From Methanothermococcus sp. Ax23 (GTDB taxonomy: Archaea; AGJL01; Methanococci; Methanococcales; Methanococcaceae): a DNA stretch of 64,000 bases. How positions within the stretch are numbered: position 1 is the first letter of the stretch; every line of letters begins with the position of its first letter. Below, in pieces: positions 53,225-64,000 of the stretch. Made by a program: the position numbers and the translations under genes. The stretch spans positions 384,001 through 448,000 of the forward strand of contig NZ_CP157522.1 of NCBI RefSeq assembly GCF_049075655.1, written 5' to 3'. The notes below the pieces were generated by a model. The model did not search any database, was not told the DNA's origin, and was given only the letters and a program-made list of their open reading frames with translations.

Positions 53225-53629
53225 ATGTTAAGTAAATTATTTGGTCGTGTAGTTTCTGGAAAAGGCGAAGGAAGATACTATATGTCCCTATTGCCTTACA
53301 AAGAAAAATTTAAAAATATTCTTGGATATGAACCTTATGAAGGCACTTTAAATATTAAATTAGGGCATGAAATAGATTTAAATCAGTTAAAACCAATAGA
53401 AGTGGATGATTTTTATTATAAAAATAATAAATACTATGGGGTTAAAATAATACCCGTAAAAATATGCACAAAAGACTATTGTGTAAAAGGTGCCATCGTA
53501 TATCCAAAAAAAACCGAACATCCCAATAATATAATAGAGATAATAGCACCTATTAAATTGAGAAAGTATTTATTTTTAAAAAACAATGATATTATTATGA
53601 TTACATTAAACGGTGAAAAAAATGAATAA
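53225..53629 (+). CDS. ribK: CTP-dependent riboflavin kinase
   Basis: [29 protein letters not shown]. Confidence 0.9.
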   Translation: MLSKLFGRVVSGKGEGRYYMSLLPYKEKFKNILGYEPYEGTLNIKLGHEIDLNQLKPIEVDDFYYKNNKYYGVKIIPVKICTKDYCVKGAIVYPKKTEHPNNIIEIIAPIKLRKYLFLKNNDIIMITLNGEKNE

Positions 53630-54308
53630 TAACATAGAAAAAGCTATTAATGATTTAAAAAATGGAAAAATAATATTAATTTACGATAGCGACGATAGGG
53701 AAGGGGAAACTGATATGGTGGTTGCCTCTGAAAAAATCACACCTGCACACATAAGAACCATGAGAAAAGATGGTGGTGGATTAATTTGCACGGCAATCCA
53801 TCCAGATTTTTGTAAATCAATAGGTATTCCATTTATGGTGGATGTTCTTGATTACGCCTCTGAAAAATTCCCAGTATTAAAGGAGCTCTATCCAAATGAC
53901 ATACCTTATGATGAAAAATCATCATTCTCTATCACAATAAATCATAGAGAAACCTTTACAGGTATTACCGATAATGACAGAGCTCACACCATAAAGAAAT
54001 TTGCGGAGCTCTGTAATGAAAAAAGATTCGGTGATTTTGGAAAAGAGTTCAGAGCTCCGGGACATGTGGTTCTATTGAGGGCTGCCGAAGGACTTGTAAA
54101 AAATAGAAAAGGACATACGGAGATGACCGTTGCACTTGCTGAGATGGCAGGATTAACCCCAATCACCACAATTTGCGAGATGATGGGGGACGATGGAAAT
54201 GCCATGAGTAAAAGCGAAACAAAAAAATATGCTGAAAAAAATAATTTAGTTTATTTAAGTGGTGAAGAGTTGATAAACTACTATCTTGAACACATTGAAG
54301 AAAAATAA
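53622..54308 (+). CDS. ribB: 3,4-dihydroxy-2-butanone-4-phosphate synthase
   Basis: [30 protein letters not shown]. Confidence 0.93.
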   Translation: MNNNIEKAINDLKNGKIILIYDSDDREGETDMVVASEKITPAHIRTMRKDGGGLICTAIHPDFCKSIGIPFMVDVLDYASEKFPVLKELYPNDIPYDEKSSFSITINHRETFTGITDNDRAHTIKKFAELCNEKRFGDFGKEFRAPGHVVLLRAAEGLVKNRKGHTEMTVALAEMAGLTPITTICEMMGDDGNAMSKSETKKYAEKNNLVYLSGEELINYYLEHIEEK

Positions 54309-54379
54309 AATATTAATAAATAATAATTATAGAATTTTTATTTTCATTACTTTATTTTTATATAATCCCTTTTAAATGA

Positions 54380-54865
<486 letters not shown>

Positions 54866-54903
54866 CAACTAAATAATTAATAAAATACTCTGCAATTGAA
54901 TAG

Positions 54904-56368
54904 TGAAGTACCCCTTCCTTACGGAAGGGGCTTCCTGCATCATCCATCTCTTAACAGAGCATGTCAGACAGGCTCACCCCCGCCTTCCGCAGGTGCGTAG
55001 TGTATTTATAATCCAATTAGGTTCTGTCTGTCCAAAGCAAACTTTTTAATATTAACCGCCGCATTAACATCCCTATCATGCTCAGTATTGCAGACAGGAC
55101 ACTTCCAAACTCTATTCTTTAAGTCCAAATTACCATTATAATACCCACAAACAGAGCATATTTTACTGGAAGGTTCAAACCTACCTATTTTTATTATGGT
55201 CTTTCCAAACTTCTCAGCTTTATACATTAGTTTAGATACAAAAGAAGACCATGCTACATCAAGAATTGATTGGGCTAAATTGTGATTCTTAACCATTCCT
55301 TTAACATTCAAATCTTCCAACGCTATGGCTTGGTTTTCCGTGCAAATCAAAGATTTGCAGGACACAAAAATCTTCGATTTTTGCTGTCGCCAATTAATTT
55401 AAAAGAGAGTTTGTGTTGGAAGTCATTCCTTTGATTAGTAATTTTCTCATGTAATTTAGCAAGTTTTAACCTTGCTTTCTCTCGGTTTTTAGAACCTTTT
55501 TGTTTTCTTGAAAGTCTTTTTTGTAATACTTTTAACCTCTGCAAACTCTTTTTGAGATGCTTTGGATTATCTATTTTCTCACCGTTTGATAATATGCAAA
55601 AGTGAGTAATACCTAAATCGATACCTATTGTGGTTTCCTCATTGAATGGTTGTTTTTTAGGAATTGGTTTTCCATCCTCTACTATAATACTTATGAAGTA
55701 TTTACCTGTTGGAGTTTTTGAGATTGTTACTGTTCTCATTTCCCCTTCGAATTTCCTGTGGAGTTTAGCTTTAACCCATCCTATTTTGGGTAGAAATACT
55801 TTGTTATTCTCCCAGTCCAGTTTATAATGTTGGGGAATTTGGAAGGATTGTCTGGGATGTTTTTTGGATTTGAATCTTGGGAAGGATGATTTCCTTCTGA
55901 AAAAGTTGGTAAATGCCCTCTCCAAGTTCAGAGTTGCCCCCTGCAATGATTGGGAGTTTATTTCTTTTAACCATGGGAATTCTTTTTTTAGTGTTGTTAT
56001 GGTTTTGTTTAGTTGGAATCGTGATATTGCCTTGCCTGTTTGTTCGTAAGATTGGATTTTAAGATTTAATGCCCAATTATAGATGAATCTACATGCTCCA
56101 ATGTGTTTGTGGATTAGTGTTTTTTGTTCTTTGTTAGGGTGTAATCTGAACTTGTATGCTGTTAGCATTTTATCACGATGTATTATTTATGTTAAGTATT
56201 TTAGTTGCTGTATTATTTATAATTTTTGGTCAGCTCTCATCCCGCCCTTACGAACGGGGGATGTCTGAGCGGAGCGAAGACATTTTAAAATCACCAACTT
56301 TGTTGGTGAGTAATGGAGCTCTGCTCCATCTGAACCGCAGGTTTTTATAAACTTCTCGCCGACATTAG
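54904..56368 (-). mobile_element. Second IS200/IS605 (IS1341 group) tnpB-only element, disrupted; ends approximate, probable TTTAT target motif
   Basis: Right-end hairpin CCCCTTCC-GTAA-GGAAGGGG then TACTTCA(C); left-end remnant split by hairpin inserts; TTTAT at 56369-56373 (minus). Confidence 0.75.
55006..56168 (-). pseudogene. tnpB: TnpB frameshifted by a 50-bp double-hairpin insertion
   Basis: Removing 55338-55387 fuses both ORFs into 370 aa (..KLIG-ENQAIALEDL..) with GIDLG, EDL, HDRD and CSVC/CPVC intact. Confidence 0.9.
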
Positions 56369-56394
56369 ATAAATAAAATAACTATCATTATTAT

Positions 56395-56994
56395 TTATTT
56401 ACTATATTTTATTAATTTCATGTTGCTTCCCCAAAAACAGGCATGAAATGGATAAAAATCATTTCCTTTGCCGTTGCCATCTACTCGGTATACTGGAATA
56501 TTCTGTTTTTCGGTTATTTTAGCCAGTAAATTATTTACTTGATTAATCCTTTGATTATAAAGTTTTTTATTGATTCCACTATTACCACCCCATGCCTTGA
56601 TGATATGGTCGCTTTCTTTCACCAATGATTTGATATATCTATCATTTTCCAAACCTACCACATAATCCAAGCCATATGTCATTAGGGCATTATTCACATC
56701 CTTTGCATCTGTGGCACGGTATGCAAATATGTTTAAAATATTTAAATACGCCACATCGTGGAATTTTTCATAAACATATTTTTCCACCCTCCTTATTGTA
56801 TTATCTGCCTTTTTCTCGTCTGCTGATGAAGGATTTTTTAAAATTACAGTCATTGTATTTTTGTAATTTTCCCTATCTTTATATTTCATTTCCAAAGTAT
56901 ATCGGTATATCCTGTCTTCCGAAAATACTGCATTTATATTTTTGACATCTATAGCTTCAAAATGTTTAACCTGCCTACCTATTCTGGGGCTCAT
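56395..56994 (-). CDS. DUF1643 domain protein
   Basis: YRYTL, NPSSAD...DNTIRR, NIFAYRATD, AWG motifs. Confidence 0.8.
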   Translation of the reverse strand: MSPRIGRQVKHFEAIDVKNINAVFSEDRIYRYTLEMKYKDRENYKNTMTVILKNPSSADEKKADNTIRRVEKYVYEKFHDVAYLNILNIFAYRATDAKDVNNALMTYGLDYVVGLENDRYIKSLVKESDHIIKAWGGNSGINKKLYNQRINQVNNLLAKITEKQNIPVYRVDGNGKGNDFYPFHACFWGSNMKLIKYSK

Positions 56995-57029
56995 ATTTTA
57001 CCCTTTTTGTAGTTATTATATAGATATAC

Positions 57030-60000
57030 TTAATTCGGGTTAATTCCTATTATTAACCCTTCAACTGTCGATATATTTGTTTTTATTATAATGTTTTTTG
57101 TCTCATTTATATTAATTGCATTAAATTTGAACCAATAGATATTTCCATAAATTCCATTCTCATTATAATCCCCACTTATATTTATTACATTTATACCATT
57201 AGGTTTATCCCAATAAACATAAACATTTTGTGTATTGTTGTATAATATTAGAGATACATTATAACCTTCATTTGTCAACTCTATTGATGCCTTCAAATTA
57301 CAATATCTTAAAATTTCATAATCTGGTCCAAATTCTGATGTCCCAATATTTGGAAGCGTTGCCGTTGCAGTAACTAATGCTCCATTTTTAATCATTTTTC
57401 CAGATACATCTATTATCCCCTCAAAGTTTCCACTCTTATCTGCTGTGAGAGCTCCCAAATATATCCAGCCCTCACCATAGTAGTTGGATAAAACACTTCC
57501 ATCCGATGATATATCATTACCCATTAGATTATCTCCACCGATTAAGTTCGTTACAAGATAAATTTCCACTGTTGCATATGCAAATCCCGAAGAGCTCCCT
57601 TGTGTTTCGTTGCCTATAAACCCTCTTATGTGTAGATGAGTTCCGTCAAAGTAAGCACGAGTTATAACTGGATAATCAATACCATAGTTGGGTTGTGATG
57701 AATTGAATTGTCCGTCGTTGAGGGTTATATAATCATTGAGGAAATCAATTGCTATCTTTCCAGAGTTAATGATTGAGTTCTTTGTTATGACTATATTCTT
57801 TGCACAAGGATTATCTTCTTTATAATGGGACATTACTATGGCAGAGCCCTTTGCATTTCTTATGAGGTTGTATCTTATTATTACATCTTTTGTATATTCC
57901 CCCAAGCTTATCGCCGTCGAATTTCGTGTATCATATGTAATAATTGTATTATCTTCGACTATCAAGTTAAAAACATTGGCGCTTCTTGTTTCAATGCATG
58001 CCCATCCAATTGTATCAATATCCCGTGGCTTATTGCCGCCGCATATATAGTTGTGGTTTATAACTCCTGAAATAGTACTATATGAACCAAACATAATACT
58101 TGGAGTCCAATAACTCCAGATGATATTCTCTTCAATCAGTATGTTTTCCAATTCGCCATCACGACCTAAAAGTATTGGATGGTTTCTTGATAATAAGTTG
58201 TGTATTATTTTCAAATCACTGCAATTTGCAGGATCCCTACTGTCAATTGCTACCCATGAATTGGAAATGAATGTTCCATTTGGATATGCATTAAGAATTG
58301 TATTTTTTATGGTTATATTTTGTCCCCCAACCAAGATTGCTGCTCCAGTATCATCGCTCCAATCGCTAAATTCTCCACCATATATGCTAATATTAAGTAC
58401 CTTGGAGTTATTTGCACAAACTTTGAGAACATTTGTATCAACATTATTTCCATCTATTGCCAACTCAACTCTCTTTATTGCTGTGATTGTGTATTCGTCT
58501 CCACTATCAGGAATTGCATCTTGGCCAATTCCAACTCTTGTTTCCGAATATGCATCTCCGGGGTTATCATCCCTTACAGTTCCATTTGGATAATAAGCAG
58601 TTCCATCTATTATTGTATAGTCATCGGTTATATATGGCAGAGCTCCGATTGTTTTATTTATCTTTATAGTCCACCATACTCCATTTATATCTTGACCATT
58701 TGGATGAACCATTGGAACAAATTTCATATAATTTGCTCCTTGGATTGCATTTGCATTGATTATAAACTGTCTTAGTGTTCCTTGTGCATATCTTGAATTT
58801 GTTGTATTATCAGCATCGTCGTCCCTTGTGTTAACAATTACATCAAAACTATATCCAAAATCAATAGATTCCCCTTTGTAATTTGACGTATTTACTACAA
58901 TATAATGCTCACAAATCCCATCGCTCCAATCATCTGACTGTGAGGCATTCTGTCCCCCGAATTTTTGAATTATTGCCCAATTTGTTCCATTCCATTCTGT
59001 TTGATACGTTTCTTCTGCCCAAATATCATTTATCGTATATCCATTATTTAGCCCCCTTGTTGTATTAACTGTTTTCGAATTTACAACTACAAAGTAAATT
59101 CCATTTCCATTGAATGTAAAGTTATAGTTTCCTGTTGAGTTGGTTGAGGTATTATATAACCATAAATCATTAGCATCTGGCTTATTGTTTCCATTCGAAT
59201 CCTTAACTAAACTTACATTTACATTGGGGATTGGCACATCGGAAGAATCATTAACTCCCAATATTCCAAAATCCTCATATATTGTTCCGTTTAGGATTAT
59301 TCCCCCAACTTGAATTTTAGTAATATTTATAATATTTGTAAGATTATTTTTTAAACTAATATTTACGGTGTAATCGCCTCCATTATATGCAACTATTGTA
59401 AAATTTATTTCCTTTGTTTCATTTGGAGAAATACAATTAATTATTTTAGATGTATAATTACATTCTAATTCATTTGGCAATTCAACTGATACATTTGAAT
59501 TATTTAAATTATAATTTTCCGTATTTTTTATATAAATTGTTAAATTGAAAGTTTCCCCGACATTAACAGTTTTATTATATGCATAAACATTTATATTTTT
59601 TGTATTTTGTTGAATTTCGTATTCATCACTCGTCATATATATTGGATTTGTTGCTCCAATCCGGTATAAGTTTCTATTTGAATAACGTATTTTTCCAATA
59701 GAGTCATTAAATGTATTATTTGTCTCGGTTATTATGATTTTATAGATTCCACATATATTCGAATTTACACTTATAGTTTCCCAAATGTTATTGCCTGTCA
59801 GAATATTGTTATAATATAATGTTCCGTTTGGATAATAAATACTAACATTTAAATTGTCACCATCATAAATAGCAAATTTAAAATTTCCATCTGATTTAAC
59901 ATAATACGATTCGTTACATAATTTATTCGTGTTATATCCCAACATATAAATGAACGGACTTACTAAAAACTTTTCTCTGTTTATAATTGTCATATTGGTA

Positions 60001-62201
60001 AATGAAAGCAGCTTATTTGAAACTTTTAATCTATAATAATCCCCACGTGGATATGTACATGTTGTGTATATTTTAAACTTCCACCATCCATAAATACCAT
60101 TGGTGTTAATTGTAAAGTTGTCCCAAGTGTTTGTAAATCCCCTCGTAGAACCTATCGTAGAGTGGTATGTTCCATAATTCGTCCCATTGGGATAATATAC
60201 ATCTAATTTTATCGAATCCATATCTTCAATAGATATAGTAAATGATGATCTACCATAAGGAACTAGTGTTTTATACCAGTGTTCGAGTATTTTATTTCCA
60301 CTATTGTCTTTTAATCCCACAGTTGCTATATTTGATTCATCAAATCCAACCTGCCCAAGACCTCCATCGTCCACTATAACTCCATTGGTTTTTCCATCAT
60401 CATCCCCGAGAGCTCCATCTTCAAGTGTATATATAATTGTAGTCCTATATTTCCTCATAGGTATGTTGTACCATTTCAATGTATTTGGATTGAATTTATG
60501 ATAACCTATTTTTCTATCCTCTGCTGAAAATTTTGGGTAAGTTATTTTAACCTTGACTTTATACCCTTTTGGAATATCAGTAATTTTAAATTTAATTAAA
60601 TTATATGGTAAGTTGACATTGCTTTTAATGGGAATATTGTCTTTATCAACAAAATACAAATAATCAAATTTTCCTTTATCAATTTTTACGGTAAGGTTAT
60701 ATAATCCATTTCCTTTTGAATCATATATGTGTAAAATTCCAGTTTTATTACCATCCATAAATTCTGTTTTTACATTAAATTTTGGAATATAGAGTTTAAA
60801 TGAGCCTGTAATTTTTCCACTTTCTTTTTTACATTTATCGGTTCCCCCATCTTTTAAGAATATAACAACATGCTTTCTATCCTTTAAAATTGTGTAATTT
60901 ATTGGAGTTAATTTTCCACTAACATTCTCCCAATAATATATATACATGCCTTGTGGAATTTCAAAAGGTAATTCAATAGTTAGATTAACAGCGCGACTCC
61001 CTGAAAGATTATTAATTTCAAAGAAAACATTATCGTTAATATCAATGTCGAATTTTTTAAATTTTCCCTGATTTATATAAAAGTTGAATGGCAGATTATT
61101 ATAAATAACTGTTTTTTTATCAGTATAATTTTTTGTAGTGATTCCCATATACGGCAAATATATTGTTTTATTCAACGTCTCGTTATTGAATTTTGAATAA
61201 AGAACAATCGTGGTGTTTAGCAATAATGGATATATAATATATTCCGAATTATCCAATTTTTTTATAGATATATCTACTTTTTTGTTTAACATTGTTGTTG
61301 CTGTGAGCTCACCATTTGTAGATATTTTCAACTTATAATTTTCAATAGATATGTTTAAATAATGTTTTTCCTTTGGTTTGGTGTAATTTAAAAATATCGT
61401 TTTATTTAGTGTTTCATTGCTAAATTTAGAATAAATTATAATTGTATTGTTCAATATTAATGGATAAACTCGATATAAATCATATCCAATTTCTACTATA
61501 TTTGTCGATATATTTATAGAATCATATATAACATGTAATTTTCCATTAGTTTTTATTTTTAACGAATTGTTTTCATATTTTGTAATTAAATATGGTTTAT
61601 CTGTTCTTGTGATAGAAGTATGGTTTAAACTACAATTTAAGAATACAGTCTTACTAAGTATTTTATTTCCACCATATTTGGAGCAAATATTTATTGGAAC
61701 ATTTAATACTACGGGATGTACCACATATTCATTACTATCTATTTTTATAAATTCCAAAGGTATATCATTCTTTATAGATTGATGATTTTGTGGTGGGGAG
61801 ATATATCCAAAAGGTTCCCCATCTGTTTTTATTGTTATTTTATAACCTTCAATTTTAACATCTAAATAATTATTATTCGTTGAGTTTGTATTTTTAGTTT
61901 TGGTGGAATTATTTGTTTTATTGGTCGTTGTTAATTTAAAGTCATTGTCGCTTTCTGATTTATCTATATTATCAGTCAGACTTTCCGAGTTGTTACTAAT
62001 ATATATATCTGTTTGATTATATACCATAGTTCCATTTGATTGAGTTATTAGCTTATTGGACTCATTAAAATCATTTATACTATTATTTATGGCACTTATG
62101 TGACATGTGATATTTGAAAAATTTACTTCACCACCAATAACGGAGTTTAAAAATACCATGCCAAAAACAACAATTACCAATATTATTTTTAAGTTAATCA
62201 T
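57030..62201 (-). CDS. Large secreted/surface adhesin-like protein (~1720 aa)
   Basis: Signal peptide, many N-x-S/T sequons, three ~75-aa repeats, DGxxGDDDG..NGVIVD motif, SdrD-B-like segment, GTLRQFIINAN motif and beta-helix-like region. Confidence 0.75.
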   Translation of the reverse strand: MINLKIILVIVVFGMVFLNSVIGGEVNFSNITCHISAINNSINDFNESNKLITQSNGTMVYNQTDIYISNNSESLTDNIDKSESDNDFKLTTTNKTNNSTKTKNTNSTNNNYLDVKIEGYKITIKTDGEPFGYISPPQNHQSIKNDIPLEFIKIDSNEYVVHPVVLNVPINICSKYGGNKILSKTVFLNCSLNHTSITRTDKPYLITKYENNSLKIKTNGKLHVIYDSINISTNIVEIGYDLYRVYPLILNNTIIIYSKFSNETLNKTIFLNYTKPKEKHYLNISIENYKLKISTNGELTATTMLNKKVDISIKKLDNSEYIIYPLLLNTTIVLYSKFNNETLNKTIYLPYMGITTKNYTDKKTVIYNNLPFNFYINQGKFKKFDIDINDNVFFEINNLSGSRAVNLTIELPFEIPQGMYIYYWENVSGKLTPINYTILKDRKHVVIFLKDGGTDKCKKESGKITGSFKLYIPKFNVKTEFMDGNKTGILHIYDSKGNGLYNLTVKIDKGKFDYLYFVDKDNIPIKSNVNLPYNLIKFKITDIPKGYKVKVKITYPKFSAEDRKIGYHKFNPNTLKWYNIPMRKYRTTIIYTLEDGALGDDDGKTNGVIVDDGGLGQVGFDESNIATVGLKDNSGNKILEHWYKTLVPYGRSSFTISIEDMDSIKLDVYYPNGTNYGTYHSTIGSTRGFTNTWDNFTINTNGIYGWWKFKIYTTCTYPRGDYYRLKVSNKLLSFTNMTIINREKFLVSPFIYMLGYNTNKLCNESYYVKSDGNFKFAIYDGDNLNVSIYYPNGTLYYNNILTGNNIWETISVNSNICGIYKIIITETNNTFNDSIGKIRYSNRNLYRIGATNPIYMTSDEYEIQQNTKNINVYAYNKTVNVGETFNLTIYIKNTENYNLNNSNVSVELPNELECNYTSKIINCISPNETKEINFTIVAYNGGDYTVNISLKNNLTNIINITKIQVGGIILNGTIYEDFGILGVNDSSDVPIPNVNVSLVKDSNGNNKPDANDLWLYNTSTNSTGNYNFTFNGNGIYFVVVNSKTVNTTRGLNNGYTINDIWAEETYQTEWNGTNWAIIQKFGGQNASQSDDWSDGICEHYIVVNTSNYKGESIDFGYSFDVIVNTRDDDADNTTNSRYAQGTLRQFIINANAIQGANYMKFVPMVHPNGQDINGVWWTIKINKTIGALPYITDDYTIIDGTAYYPNGTVRDDNPGDAYSETRVGIGQDAIPDSGDEYTITAIKRVELAIDGNNVDTNVLKVCANNSKVLNISIYGGEFSDWSDDTGAAILVGGQNITIKNTILNAYPNGTFISNSWVAIDSRDPANCSDLKIIHNLLSRNHPILLGRDGELENILIEENIIWSYWTPSIMFGSYSTISGVINHNYICGGNKPRDIDTIGWACIETRSANVFNLIVEDNTIITYDTRNSTAISLGEYTKDVIIRYNLIRNAKGSAIVMSHYKEDNPCAKNIVITKNSIINSGKIAIDFLNDYITLNDGQFNSSQPNYGIDYPVITRAYFDGTHLHIRGFIGNETQGSSSGFAYATVEIYLVTNLIGGDNLMGNDISSDGSVLSNYYGEGWIYLGALTADKSGNFEGIIDVSGKMIKNGALVTATATLPNIGTSEFGPDYEILRYCNLKASIELTNEGYNVSLILYNNTQNVYVYWDKPNGINVINISGDYNENGIYGNIYWFKFNAININETKNIIIKTNISTVEGLIIGINPN

Positions 62202-62337
62202 ATACAACACCATGCATGCCATTCAAGTATCTAAAATATCCATTCCATTTTTTTAATTGCATATTAATAATCGATTAACTATACGACCCAACACTTGGAT
62301 AAACTCGCCCCCATATTAAAAAAGATTTATTATCCCC

Positions 62338-63426
62338 TTATTCACTATCATCTACTCCACAATTGGAGTTTATGTAGTATATTATTTTATTACCCTCTTC
62401 ATAACTATCCACAATCCCCAATTCCACCATTTTTCTTAAATTATATCTCACAGTTTCAACAGGCATGTCTAAATCTTTGGATATTTTTCGTAAATAGGCA
62501 GGGTTTTTTAATAAATACTCAAAAATCTTTTTTGAAGTTTTATTATTTAAATATGAAAGTGGCAAATCTCTAATATCCATGTCTTTTGGATAATATATAA
62601 CTTTATTTCCTACATTCTTATTTCGAATTAAGTCTGCTTTTTCAAGTATTCTTAAATGCCATGTAATCGTGCTCATACTTTTGTTTAAATTTTTTGCCAT
62701 CTCCCTTAAATGTATTCCTGGATTATTTATTATGTGATTGTAAATCTCTTTTCTAGTGTCATTTGAAAGAACTTTTTCTTTATTATTGGTTGGTACTCTT
62801 CCAATAATGATTATCAAATGAGCTCCGAATTTTAATATAATTTCTTTGGCTCTTTGGGATGCAATGCTTAAATAAGATATTGTTCCAAGCAATAAAGTAC
62901 CAAATATCAACCCATAAGGAATATTTTTAATCATAAAAATATATATTAAATTATATAAAACTTCCTTATTTGGTTTAAAACCACAATATATTTTATTATT
63001 TAATTTAACACATGCCGGAGAACCATCACTATATGTTGCAATAACTTCTCCTTTTTTTGGGAGTTTATACTTTGCCACCACAACTGATGATTTATAATTT
63101 AATGGATCGGTTTTCCAATTTATCAAGGTTATTGTTTCTTTATTTAGATTAGTCGAACCATTTATTGGAATAAAAAGTATAGCATTTTTATTTGTTTCAA
63201 CTGTTTTATTTGATATTAAAACATCATAATCCTTTTTATCCAATATAAACCCCATATTATTTAATAAAGATTTATTTATTCCAATAACTTTGATTCTCAC
63301 AGGGCTTATATAATAGTCTTTTGGAGTATTCACATAAAATGTTGGATTATGTTCCTTATCATATTCTAAAAAGAACGTAGTATTATAACTCATTTTTGTT
63401 ATTTCATATATATTAGTGTGGGTCAT
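62338..63426 (-). CDS. Membrane-anchored winged-HTH transcriptional regulator
   Basis: TM segment followed by RKEIYNHIINNPGIHLRE..TITWHLRILE and a second wHTH (ETVRYNLRKMVELGIV). Confidence 0.75.
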   Translation of the reverse strand: MTHTNIYEITKMSYNTTFFLEYDKEHNPTFYVNTPKDYYISPVRIKVIGINKSLLNNMGFILDKKDYDVLISNKTVETNKNAILFIPINGSTNLNKETITLINWKTDPLNYKSSVVVAKYKLPKKGEVIATYSDGSPACVKLNNKIYCGFKPNKEVLYNLIYIFMIKNIPYGLIFGTLLLGTISYLSIASQRAKEIILKFGAHLIIIIGRVPTNNKEKVLSNDTRKEIYNHIINNPGIHLREMAKNLNKSMSTITWHLRILEKADLIRNKNVGNKVIYYPKDMDIRDLPLSYLNNKTSKKIFEYLLKNPAYLRKISKDLDMPVETVRYNLRKMVELGIVDSYEEGNKIIYYINSNCGVDDSE

Positions 63427-63427
63427 A

Positions 63428-64000
63428 TTACACTCTAACCTCTAATACCTTCATATAAGGATAACCTCTGGTAATGAGATTATATAGTGCTAAAACCTGT
63501 GCAGAAACTACTGCACAGAGACAGAATACTTTTTTACGAATATAACCTTTGATATTAATCCAAAACTTATTCATAAATCGGTTCTTTAATATTGAATTGG
63601 TGTGCTCTATTTTAACTCTTATCTTAGAAACTTCCGAAGGAAGTTTCTTTTTATTTTTCCTACCCAATCTCCGTGGATTATGTGCTGTTATTAGTTCATT
63701 TTTGTATAATTCTATCGCTTTTTTTTAAATCTTTTGAATCATAGCCTGCATCTGCACAGGACTTTTTGGTAGGTACTAATAATTTATCAGCTACTTTACA
63801 ATCGTGAGTATTTGCTGTGGTAAATTCTGCTCTTAATGGTATTCCTAACTTATCTACTGCTAAATGTAATTTAAAGCCTTTAAACATTCCTACACTGTTA
63901 TATCCTATCTTTCCCTCAATATCTGTTTCGTCTTTTATTGGAGTGCTATCGTATATTGACCATTCAGGATTATTTAGTTCAATATATTTATCACCTAATA
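63428..64000 (-). pseudogene. DDE transposase (IS4/IS5-like, DDE_Tnp_1), frameshifted at an A8 run and running off the window
   Basis: YDST, GFKLHLAVD, ANTHD, ADAGYDS and RVKIEHTN motifs spread over two frames. Confidence 0.78.

Noticed and set aside
55347-55349. Selenocysteine TGA read-through or programmed frameshift in the second tnpB (host has SelB)
   Set aside because: The stop lies inside the 50-bp foreign insert and the downstream half is in another frame

Overview
AT-rich archaeal chromosomal DNA from a methanogen, inferred to be Methanococcales (Methanococcus/Methanothermococcus-like) from the split RpoB/RpoA, SelB, Fsr, the MCR-modifying enzymes YcaO and a B12 radical-SAM protein, and archaeal RibK/RibB/RibC. 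The backbone is housekeeping: the rpoH-B''-B'-A'-A''-L30e-nusA-S12-S7-EF2-EF1a-S10 operon, L3-L4-L23-L2-S19, tRNA-Ile(GAT), sulfur and selenium genes, and riboflavin genes. An accessory end carries a DUF1643 gene, a ~1720-aa surface protein, a membrane-tethered regulator and a DDE transposase remnant. There are two tnpB-only IS200/IS605 elements and a 321-bp non-autonomous derivative of one of them. That derivative keeps a covarying omegaRNA scaffold and inserted just in front of the thiI stop codon. The most unusual signal is a family of short (about 20-60 bp) hairpin insertions, mostly with C-NNN-G triloops, plus a class with a GAGCG(A/G)AGCGA-like loop. They occur in-frame in three enzyme genes, out-of-frame in a tnpB, inside two IS left ends, and stacked in a decayed tRNA duplicate. 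The palindrome GAGCTC is also strongly over-represented, reminiscent of HIP1. All product calls come from recalled sequence motifs; no database search was run and counts are by eye.
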